Shown here one piece after another: positions 1 to 8,034 of a stretch of DNA of 22,156 bases. The stretch's first letter is position 1. Every line of letters starts with the position of its first letter. Under the pieces are notes generated by a model that was given only the letters and a program-made list of their open reading frames with translations, was not told the origin of the DNA and ran no database searches. Origin of the DNA: an uncultured cyanobacterium (GTDB lineage: Bacteria; Cyanobacteriota; Cyanobacteriia; Cyanobacteriales; Cyanobacteriaceae); the NCBI GenBank assembly GCA_963749915.1, contig CAVVOP010000012.1, positions 1 to 22,156 of the forward strand, in the 5' to 3' direction. Position numbers and translations under genes: made by a program.

Positions 1-782
1 AACAGTAAAACTAAAGTCAACAGTAAAGCAGAAATAGCAATAGGGCTAAGATAATGCAAAAATTGCTCTTCAAACCATTCCCTTCCTTTGTACTTAAAAA
101 TCCAGTGACGGCTATAAATCCCCGCTGCTAAAGGCAAACCAACATAGATTAACACCGAGAGGACAATAGTTTGCCAGGGTACAGTTAAATTATTGGCGGA
201 AAGCAACCATTTCCCCAAAGGTGCATAGAGAAATAACATCGCTAAAGAGTTAACTGCCACCATAACTAAGGTATGTCCTTGGTTACTGTAGGAAAGGTAT
301 CCCCACATCAAGACCATCGCTGTACAGGGAGCAATTCCCAAGAGGATGCAACCAGCAATGTAGGAATTAGCTAAGGTGACTTCCGTGCCGCGAATAATTT
401 CCGTAGAACTCAACAAGGGCAGAAATAACCAGCCCAAGAAAAACTGAGCAAATGCCACCATTGTAAAGGGCTTAATCAGCCAGTTAACCACCAAAGTCAA
501 GATGACAGGTTTGGGGGTTTTTGCTGCTTTGACAGCTTGGGAAAAGTCAATCTTGACCATGATGGGATACATCATGAAAAATAGGCCGATAGCAATGGGA
601 ATGGAGACGTTGTAAATACTCATGTCATCTAAGGTCTGGGCTATATCTGGAAAGGTTCTTCCCAAGGCAATCCCCCCTAAGATACAAACAATTACCCAAA
701 GGGTGAGATACTTTTCAAAAAAGCTGAGTTTTCCTCCAGCTTTCACAGCTTTGGGATTGATTTGTGAGGTAGTCTTACTCAT
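1..782 (-). CDS. acr3: ACR3-family arsenite efflux transporter (3' end runs off window)
   Basis: Manual translation from ATG at 782 gives [51 protein letters not shown], the ACR3 motifs. AAGGA RBS upstream. Missing from ORF track because it is open at the window edge. Confidence 0.95.
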   Translation of the reverse strand, partial: MSKTTSQINPKAVKAGGKLSFFEKYLTLWVIVCILGGIALGRTFPDIAQTLDDMSIYNVSIPIAIGLFFMMYPIMVKIDFSQAVKAAKTPKPVILTLVVNWLIKPFTMVAFAQFFLGWLFLPLLSSTEIIRGTEVTLANSYIAGCILLGIAPCTAMVLMWGYLSYSNQGHTLVMVAVNSLAMLFLYAPLGKWLLSANNLTVPWQTIVLSVLIYVGLPLAAGIYSRHWIFKYKGREWFEEQFLHYLSPIAISALLLTLVLL

Positions 783-805
783 ATAGTTTTTTCCTTTTAT
801 TATGA

Positions 806-839
806 GCGATCTGCTTGCAGAGTGCGCTTGCGCTCCCGC
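806..839. repeat. Small dispersed repeat (SDR5-like) inside a split HIP1 site
   Basis: GCGAT|ctgcttgcagagtgcgcttgcgctcc|CGC; nearly identical to the insert at 1850-1873. Confidence 0.75.
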
Positions 840-907
840 GTAACACACCCTCGCTAATCAGAGGAGAAGTCTTGATTAGTGACGAAATTATCATCGTTAT
901 ATAGATA

Positions 908-1387
908 GAGCCTATTTGAGATCTTTGACAGATGTTAAGCTAAGCTAATGATATCGGAGTGATTGAGAAACTGATGGACGCTTTACATCAACGAGTGCGC
1001 CAGCAGGTAAAAAAAAAGCCAAGTGGACAACCTTGATTATTGTGTGAATATTCCCAAGATCACTATTCTGTTAGACCATGGTTATCATCCAGACCACTTG
1101 AGGGAGGAATTAGAAAAGGTCTATCCCCAAATCATGACAAAAATTAAGTTTGAACTGTCAACGAAACCTTCAAAACAAGAAAAGGCTGCACTTGGAAAAT
1201 CAGGATTTGTGCCGGCGATCGCCAGATGGGTAATTGAACGTTCAAATGGGTGGATGGAGAGATGTAAGATCCTTGTCAAGAACTTCGAGAGGACTCTATC
1301 AAATGCGACGGCAAAACTCAATCTTTGCTTTGTCAGACTAATGATTAAGCGGCTTGCCGCCTCTGGCTAGAGATCTCAAATAGGCTT
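908..1387 (+). mobile_element. Internally deleted IS5-family element, 480 bp
   Basis: Terminal inverted repeats GAGCCTATTTGAGATCT (908-924) and AGATCTCAAATAGGCTT (1371-1387) match at 16/17. TA on both flanks. A-run frameshift motif near 1008-1018. Confidence 0.9.
955..1370 (+). pseudogene. IS5-family transposase remnant
   Basis: GVIEKLMDALHQRVRQQVKK../KWTTLII jumps to ILLDHGY..RWVIERSNGWMERCKILVKNFE (DDE C-terminus). N-terminus and first catalytic region are absent. Confidence 0.85.
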
Positions 1388-1687
1388 TATATTTTCAGAT
1401 GATTTTTTCTGTTTCTTTTCAGGTATGCTACTTGATAGTTTACTAAGTGTATTAACTAATTCTTTTAATTCTTGTACTTCTTTTTTAAGCTGTTCAAATT
1501 CAACTAAAGTAACACCACCAATCCAAGTTTTTTTAATAAGTAAAGTTTCTTCAAGCCCAAAATATTCAGCAATAATCACGTTTAATGCTCTTGAGCAATT
1601 AAGATTATTTTCCTGACAAAATTGGTCAAAGCGATGGTAAAGTTCGGGAATTATATATCCTGCTACCTTTTCATTTTCAGTAGTCAT
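1376..1687 (-). pseudogene. N-terminal half (RHH-like + coiled coil) of a split DNA-binding protein gene; C-terminal half at 14068-14313
   Basis: AGYIIPELYHRFDQFC..SRALNVIIAEYFG. Last codons KPI* come from the IS inverted repeat. KKSSENI is shared with the 14068 ORF. Confidence 0.75.
1388..1408 (+). repeat. 21-bp direct repeat, left copy
   Basis: TATATTTTCAGATGATTTTTT, identical to 14293-14313. Confidence 0.9.
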
Positions 1688-1771
1688 AATCAGTAATATA
1701 CTTAGTACGATAAAAGTATATCAAAAGTATAAAAGATAAAATATGATAATTCCCTGTAAATATTTACAAGA

Positions 1772-2347
1772 TTATTTATTATTTCTTCTCCATTCCCAAG
1801 GCTTCTCTAAATTCTTGCTGTAAATATTTAAACCTTTCTTAATAGCGAACTGCTTGCAGCAGCGCTTGCGCTCCGCCTCTGCTTGTTTTATCTCATTCCA
1901 AATAGGACAATCAGACTTATATTGAGGATAAGGATAAACCCAACCATTCTTAACCTGCTTAACTTGAACAGCTTCGCCATTAAGAAGATATAAAACAGCT
2001 ACACTTCTACCATATCTATCAGTATTAGTAATATCGAGATTAACTTTATTTCCATTTGATTGTAAAAGCGATCTTAAATAATCACGAGATTCAATGCCAT
2101 ATTCTTGATCTTTTTCTGGACTATCGATGCAGGCAAATCTTATTTTTAATTCTTCATTATCACTAGATATTACACGGAGTGTGTCACCATCATAAATGCT
2201 TCCTTCTTTTATTTGATATACTTGTTGTTGTACTTGGTAATTTACTTTATTGTTATTTTCACTAATTGCTTGATTATTATTATTTTGAAAGTAAACCCAG
2301 AGAAGGAATAAGCCTATAATTAAAGGTAATTTATTGAGTATTTTCAT
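1772..2347 (-). CDS. Thermonuclease (SNase) family protein with N-terminal membrane anchor
   Basis: IYDGDTLRV, IRFACIDSPE, DRYGRSVA and PWEWRR motifs. Confidence 0.92.
   Translation of the reverse strand: MKILNKLPLIIGLFLLWVYFQNNNNQAISENNNKVNYQVQQQVYQIKEGSIYDGDTLRVISSDNEELKIRFACIDSPEKDQEYGIESRDYLRSLLQSNGNKVNLDITNTDRYGRSVAVLYLLNGEAVQVKQVKNGWVYPYPQYKSDCPIWNEIKQAEAERKRCCKQFAIKKGLNIYSKNLEKPWEWRRNNK
1845..1876 (-). repeat. 24-nt SDR5-like in-frame insertion in a HIP1-like site
   Basis: Minus strand GCG|GAGCGCAAGCGCTGCTGCAAGCAG|TTCGC adds ERKRCCKQ. Confidence 0.8.
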
Positions 2348-2352
2348 AAGGG

Positions 2353-2380
2353 GAATTACGAATTACGAATTACGAATTAC
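2353..2380 (+). repeat. Heptamer tandem repeat (GAATTAC)x4, STRR-type
   Basis: Four perfect copies directly upstream of the thermonuclease start codon. Confidence 0.95.
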
Positions 2381-2460
2381 GAACTAATAATGACTACTAA
2401 TTAATATTAACAAATATAGCACAATAATAGAAATAAAGCTATAGTAAACAAGCTAATATT

Positions 2461-2547
2461 ATGGCAACAATAGATATACAAGAAAGAACATTTAAGTTTA
2501 CTATAAGAATAGTTAAATTATGTAAATTTCTCAAGGTAAATGGGTAG
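2461..2547 (+). pseudogene. N-terminal fragment of a four-helix-bundle protein
   Basis: MATIDIQERTFKFTIRIVKLCKFL, typical start of this family; stops after 28 aa. Confidence 0.65.
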
Positions 2548-2663
2548 CTCAAGAATTTCTCGGTTTCTTGGGCGACAGACTTTATCCCCATGGGAGTAAA
2601 GATAGAACCCACCCCGAATGAATCTCAGACACTCGGAACTACAGTAAGCTCTCCCTATATAGC

Positions 2664-2861
2664 TTATCTCACTCTCTCCTTTGACGAGAGCAAGCAGACA
2701 CTAAAATTAACGCTACCCACACCCAACCCCCAGCCAACTCCCGCCAGCAGGTTGTAAGAAGCAGCCGCAGCAAAGGCAGCACCAGCGATCGCTCCTGTGA
2801 CCTGTAATGCCAAGAACAGCTTGAGGATGTGATTGGATTTTGATTCTGAACTTCCGTTCAC
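2664..2861 (-). CDS. Small membrane protein, probable paralog of 19369-19590
   Basis: Hydrophobic Gly/Ala-rich segments; GVGSVNF versus GGSVSF; start overlaps the upstream stop. Confidence 0.6.
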   Translation of the reverse strand: MNGSSESKSNHILKLFLALQVTGAIAGAAFAAAASYNLLAGVGWGLGVGSVNFSVCLLSSKERVR

Positions 2862-3300
2862 CTTCGTTGGTCCCGCTGCCGCAGTTTCTCCAGCTTCTTT
2901 TTTATGGACTCGCTTGGCACTCCCGTCATGGAATTGAAACTTTGCCTCACTGCCTCCTCAGATTTGTGGACTTCCTCTGCCAAACCAGGAATGGTGAAAT
3001 TTCTGTTCTTCATGTAGTCCAGTTGGCGGTAGTTAAAAAGTGCCATCAGTTCGGCAGCACTGTACTGAGCAGCGACATCAACGCTTCCTAAATTTTGTTC
3101 TCTAATATCTTCGAGGGGATCTCGATCTACGTCCACCTCAATTTCTTCGTTCTGTTCCGAGGCAATTTCAACTTGGGAACTAGGCATGGAAACAAGTTCT
3201 GACCCAAACCCGTGACCATTACCATTTTGTTCTCCTTCAGCCATTGGCGGTTGAGTTATTACCGGAGGAAACGTGTCCATCGTTGAACCGGACTGGATGT
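2858..3300 (-). pseudogene. 5'-truncated paralog of the KfrA-like protein at 18908-19393
   Basis: Shares QYSAA and FT(I/V)PGL motifs. The first ~16 codons of the listed ORF are transposon inverted repeat; the HTH is missing. Confidence 0.7.
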
Positions 3301-3505
3301 GGCGTAAAGCTAGGGAAGCTGCAAAATCGGCAAAGTAGCTAAAACTCAATCACTGCAAAGGTTTTATGATAGCTACTAAGTAATTTAAATACACTATGGT
3401 TATTCTCTAGCATAGTTCCGAATTTTATCTAGAGATGACACTTTATGAACTTTTTTTAAATATAGGGATAAAAAAGAGCCTTTTAGGATATGATTATCAG
3501 AAATA

Positions 3506-3533
3506 AGTTCCGACACTATCTAAAAGCGGAATA
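3506..3533. other. Candidate tyrosine-recombinase resolution site
   Basis: AGTTCCGACAC-TATCTA-AAAGCGGAATA: 11-6-11 layout with inverted TTCCG/CGGAA; related AGTTCCGAA near 3414. Confidence 0.35.
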
Positions 3534-3554
3534 AATATAGGAGCATAATCTAAC

Positions 3555-5805
3555 TTGAAACAAAATTGGGAAGTAGAAGAACTAATTGAATATTGGATTT
3601 TATTACCATCTGAAATGGCATTGTTAAGAAATAAAACAGGAGCAAAACGAATTGGTTTTGCAGTTTGTTTCAAGTATTTTCAGTTATTTAGTCAGTTTCC
3701 AGAAGCTCTTACCCAAATCCCTCTGGTAGTAATTAATTATATTGCTAGTCAAGTTAACGTATCATCTTCACTATATTTAGAATATGATTGGCAAGAAAGA
3801 AGTAGCAGATACCACAGAGAGCAAATTCGGGACTTTTTTGGTTTTAGATTAGTACAAGAACTAGATTTTCAAAAACTCAAAAACTATTTATTATCAGATA
3901 TATTACCCCAAGAACAAAAAGAAGAACATTTAATTATAGTAGTTGAGCAATATTTCCAAGAAAGCAAAATAGAACTGCCTAGTAAGAAAATATTACTACG
4001 TTTAATTCGTTCAGCGGTTCGTCAATTTGAAGAAGAGCGGCAACCGAACCACCTAGAGAATTACGCTCTCATTCCCCTATTATTCGTTATACTTTAGTAT
4101 CTGCTTTTTCCTGGTTAAGATTACTCCAAGTTACGGACAATTTGGTAGATTTACTGATTTCTATCATACATAGTATAAGTAGAAGAGCCGAAAGAAAAGT
4201 CGATACAGAATTAATCAAAGACTTTAAAAAAGTCACGGGTAAAAATCATCTTCTTTATCTTATGGCTAATGCTAGTTTAGAAAAACCTGATGGTGCTGTA
4301 TCTGAAGTTATCTTTCCCGTAGTAGATGAAAACACACTATCAAATTTAGTCAAAGAGTTTAAATCTCAGGGTACTGCTTATCGTCAAAAAGTACATAATG
4401 TAATTCGTTCTTCTTATAGTCGTCATTACCGTCGCTTAGTACCGTCATTAAGGCAATGAACGGATTAATCGTATTAACTATGAAATAAGTGTTCTTCAAG
4501 CGTTGAGGGAAAGATTAAGATGTAAGGAAATTTGGGTAGTTGGTGCAAATCGTTATCGTAATCCCGATGAAGATTTACCCTCAGATTTTGAACAACATCG
4601 AGAAAATTATTATCAAGCATTGCAGTTACCAATGGATGTGGAAAGTTTTATCACTCCCTTGAAAATAGCATTATCATCTAATTTGATTACTTTAAATGAA
4701 GGAATACCCAAGAATAAGAAAGTCAAAATCTTGGACAAAAAAAATGGTTGGATTAGTGTCACACCTTTGGATAAACAAGCTGAACCAGTTAATATTTTTC
4801 GATTAAAAAGTGAATTGGTGCAAAAATGGCCGATGACAAGTTTGTTAGATGTGTTAAAGGAGGCTGATTTAAGAATCGGTTTTACAGATAGTTTCAAAAG
4901 CCTTGCCAGTAGGGAAGTTTTAGAAAAAGATGTATTACAAAAAAGGTTATTGCTTTGTCTGTATGGATTGGGTACGAATACAGGATTAAAACGAGTTAGT
5001 GATGGTACACCAAATATTGATTACCATGAACTTCGTTATATCAAACGCCGTTTTATTCATAAGGATTCACTTCGGGAAGCCATCGCCTCTGTAGTTAATG
5101 CTATTTTTGAGATCAGAAATCCTGAGATTTGGGGAAATGGTACTACTACCTGTGCATCTGATTCTAAGAAGTTTGGTGCTTGGGATCAGAATTTAATGAC
5201 GGAATGGCACCTGCGTTATGGTGGTAGGGGTGTGATGATTTATTGGCACGTTGAGAAGAAGTCAACTTGTATTTACTCTCAATTAAAAACTTGTTCTTCT
5301 TCGGAAGTGGCGGCGATGATTGAAGGGGTATTGCGTCACGATACTCAAATGACCGTTAAACAGCAGTTTGTGGATACTCATGGGCAAAGTGAAGTCGCTT
5401 TTGCTTTTTGTCACTTGTTGGGTTTTGAGTTGATGCCTCGACTCAAAAATATTGGTAAACAAAAATTATATCGTCCAGAAGCAGGAGATAAAGAGAGTTA
5501 TGAGAATTTACTCCCTGTTTTAACTCGCCCCATTAATTGGGATTTAATCCGTCAGCAATATGAGCAGATGGTGAAGTATGCTACGGCTTTGAGATTAGGT
5601 ATTGCTGAACCCGAAGCGATTTTACGTCGTTTTACTCGTGCTAATGTTAAACATCCTACCTATCAGGCTTTGGGGGAATTAGGAAAGGTAGTTAAAACTA
5701 TGTGCTTTAACACCTTTAATTTATAGTCATATTAATCCTTACGGTACGTTTCATTTGGATATGAATGAGCGACTTGTGCTTAAGGTGGAGGTGGTGGTGG
5801 GGTGA
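3555..5805 (+). pseudogene. tnpA: Tn3-family transposase, fragmented
   Basis: DUF4158-like N-terminus, ASDSKKF, DTHGQSE and [12 protein letters not shown] tail. Frame breaks near 4035, 4450 and 5701; far shorter than a ~990-aa TnpA. Confidence 0.92.
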
Positions 5806-5807
5806 TC

Positions 5808-6509
5808 ATGCAACGTACCAGTGCTAAAGTTAAGGCTAGAGCGATCGCTAAATTATTAAGGGATGAACATCCTGATTACAATTATCTTAAAAGTGTTTTT
5901 CGGCATCTGCGTACTGAGCTAAATATTGAGGTAACTCATTCTGAAAAGAAATTACCAAAAGTTCCTACGGAAGAAGAGTTACATAAATACTATCAAGCTG
6001 TTTGGAAAACTCGCAATGTGCAGGATATGGTGATTATTAAGACTTTTCTCTATACGGGTGTAAGAGTATCGGAGTTAGTTAATATTCGATTGGAAGATGT
6101 GGATTTTGATCGTTGTCAGATTCGGATTAATTCAGGGAAAGGGGGAAAGGATAGAATAGTTCCGTTTCCAATTTCTTTTAAGGAAGTTTTGGCTATGCAC
6201 GTTGATAAGATGGAGGGTAAAAGCGCTAATTATTTATTTGAGTCTAATCGTCATCAAAAATATAGCGATCGTGGAATTAGAAAGATTTTGACAAAGTATG
6301 CAGACATGGCTGAATTAGATCATTCCATTTCACCCCATCAATTACGACATTTTCTGCTGACATGGCTGAAAAAACAAGGGATTGATGATGCTTTAATTCA
6401 ACCCTATTCTGGTCATTCTTCTCGACAGTCATTAGAAGTTTATTCTCGCTTAAGTTTAAATGAAGCACAGTCTGCTTATGATAACGTTATGTCCAAATTC
6501 CCTCTGTGA
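5808..6509 (+). CDS. Tyrosine recombinase (integrase-family resolvase of the transposon)
   Basis: [22 protein letters not shown] and GHS..SLEVY catalytic motifs; alternative GTG start at 5802. Confidence 0.93.
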   Translation: MQRTSAKVKARAIAKLLRDEHPDYNYLKSVFRHLRTELNIEVTHSEKKLPKVPTEEELHKYYQAVWKTRNVQDMVIIKTFLYTGVRVSELVNIRLEDVDFDRCQIRINSGKGGKDRIVPFPISFKEVLAMHVDKMEGKSANYLFESNRHQKYSDRGIRKILTKYADMAELDHSISPHQLRHFLLTWLKKQGIDDALIQPYSGHSSRQSLEVYSRLSLNEAQSAYDNVMSKFPL

Positions 6510-6644
6510 TAGCTTTTTAGCTACTTTGCCGATTTTGCAGCTTCCCTAGCTTTACGCCTAATTGAGAAGAACTGTTTGTCACTTGCCCCTCGTTGCAAGA
6601 ACCTTCTATTTTCGCCGACTCATAGGTTATTCTTCTTATGTCAT

Positions 6645-6977
6645 CTATCTAATTGCAACATCAATTAAAGGTTCTCCTGTATGATGAGGGGTAATCTGAA
6701 TCATTATTTTTTGTTCTAGTTTATTCAAAAAACTAAACAAACGACTTTCGGAAAATAGATGATATTTCCCTTTCATTAAATTAGAAACTTCTGGTTGTTT
6801 AATATTGAGTAAATTAGCTATTTCTTGTTGTTTTAAATTACGATTTTCTAACATCTTCCGGACAGCAAAACCGAGTTTAGCACGAGTCAGAAGTTCATCT
6901 CCATCATCTAAATCCATATCAGCAAAAACATTACCACTACTTTGTGTAAATTCAAAGGACATGATTTCTTCAGTCAT
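6645..6977 (-). CDS. XRE-family HTH antitoxin (HigA-like)
   Basis: SSGNVFAD..LKQQEIANLLNIKQPEVSNLMKGK; overlaps the toxin stop codon. Confidence 0.9.
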   Translation of the reverse strand: MTEEIMSFEFTQSSGNVFADMDLDDGDELLTRAKLGFAVRKMLENRNLKQQEIANLLNIKQPEVSNLMKGKYHLFSESRLFSFLNKLEQKIMIQITPHHTGEPLIDVAIR

Positions 6978-7339
6978 TGATTTTTCTCCTTAGATTTTTC
7001 TAATGCTTGTTTGTACCGTTTTTTAATTAAATCCACATCTTTTTGGGCAGTTTTAATTCCTTTCGGTGATTTTTTAACAAAAGCATGAAGAACATAAATA
7101 CAGTCGCCGATTTGTACAGCATAAACTGTTCTGTAAGTATCAGAATCGAATCTGGTTACAATTTCAAACACTCCACTGCCAACTCCCTTAAAAGGTTTGG
7201 CATCAGATGGCTTGTCTCCACACTGCGCATCATACAGAGATGAACCAATTTCACGGCGAACAAAATCAGGAAATTTTTTAACTTGTTCGAGACTATCTCC
7301 CATCCAAATAACTGATTTAATTTCACTGGTTTCTGACAA
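6974..7339 (-). CDS. RelE/ParE-superfamily toxin (HigB/Gp49-like)
   Basis: KPFKGVGSGVFEIV..YRTVY..IYVLHAFVKKS; toxin-first order; GGAG RBS. Confidence 0.9.
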   Translation of the reverse strand: MSETSEIKSVIWMGDSLEQVKKFPDFVRREIGSSLYDAQCGDKPSDAKPFKGVGSGVFEIVTRFDSDTYRTVYAVQIGDCIYVLHAFVKKSPKGIKTAQKDVDLIKKRYKQALEKSKEKNQ

Positions 7340-7350
7340 CTTGCTTCTCC

Positions 7351-7376
7351 AGATTATAAGTAATTACTTATAATCT
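7351..7376. promoter_or_regulatory. Perfect 26-bp palindrome, likely operator of the toxin-antitoxin operon
   Basis: AGATTATAAGTAATTACTTATAATCT equals its own reverse complement; contains TATAAT; directly upstream of the toxin RBS. Confidence 0.7.
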
Positions 7377-7524
7377 TAACCTATTTCAGTAAGCGAGCGA
7401 TCGCTATTCAAGTAACAATATATTTTCTATTAAACCTTAATCTAGGTCAAAGCTCGCCTTCTAGCCTTCTCGTCTTCCGCTTCGCATATTCCGGTTCGTT
7501 ACAAGTAATAAATAGTTTTTGCCA

Positions 7525-7571
7525 AGTATTTTACTTAGTATTTTACTTAGTATTTTACTGGTATATTACTA
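7525..7571 (+). repeat. 12-bp tandem repeat AGTATTTTACTT, about 4 copies
   Basis: Two perfect and two degenerate copies, each an AGTA-N3-TACT dyad. Confidence 0.85.
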
Positions 7572-7589
7572 GGGCTATTTAAAGCCCTA
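7570..7589 (-). terminator. Hairpin after the Gp157-like gene
   Basis: TAGGGCT-ATTTAA-AGCCCTA just past the stop codon. Confidence 0.5.
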
Positions 7590-7595
7590 TTGAGA

Positions 7596-8034
7596 TTATT
7601 TAATTGATAAATAACTGGACTTTTCTCCTAGTTCTGCATACTTTAAGGCTTCATTATCACCGTTAATTACTGCTTCTTTAAGTGCCTTTTTATCTACTTC
7701 TATTGTTACCTTCTGGTATTGTTGAGGATAGCTTTTAGCATCTTCTCTGAGTAAATGTAAGGGTGCAACCGATGCTTTTCTGATGGATATATTAAATTTA
7801 TTTGTTCTGAGTTTAGTTTTACCTATTTTCTCTAAATGTTGTTTAAGATATTCCGTTAACCATTCGATAGTTTTCTCATCCTTTTTAACTAATTTATTGA
7901 GTCTGTCAGCTTCTGCTTTTCTCATTTCCAACCATCTTTTTCTCGACTGAATTAAGCATAAAATAGAATCAATTTTATTCATGAATTGTTCATTTGTTTC
8001 TTCTGCTTCTGCTAATAATTCTAAGTATTCCAAG
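7596..8034 (-). CDS. Siphovirus Gp157-family protein, exon 2
   Basis: NKIDS..KAEADRL..EWLTEYL..KFNISIRK..VDKKALKEA..YLSIK; joins exon 1 in frame to give 182 aa. Confidence 0.85.

Larger units (their letters stand above)
3301..6558 (+). mobile_element. Tn3-family transposon with tyrosine recombinase (defective), 3258 bp
   Basis: Perfect 44-bp inverted repeats at 3301-3344 and 6515-6558 (GGCGTAAAGCTAGGGAAGCTGCAAAATCGGCAAAGTAGCTAAAA) enclose tnpA and an integrase-family gene. Confidence 0.92.

Noticed and set aside
3301..3349. N-terminus MSFSYFADFAASLALR of ORF 2858-3349
   Set aside because: Translated from the transposon inverted repeat.
7525..7571. CRISPR array (also considered for 18589-18880)
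   Set aside because: Repeats are contiguous or only two degenerate units, with no unique spacers and no cas genes.
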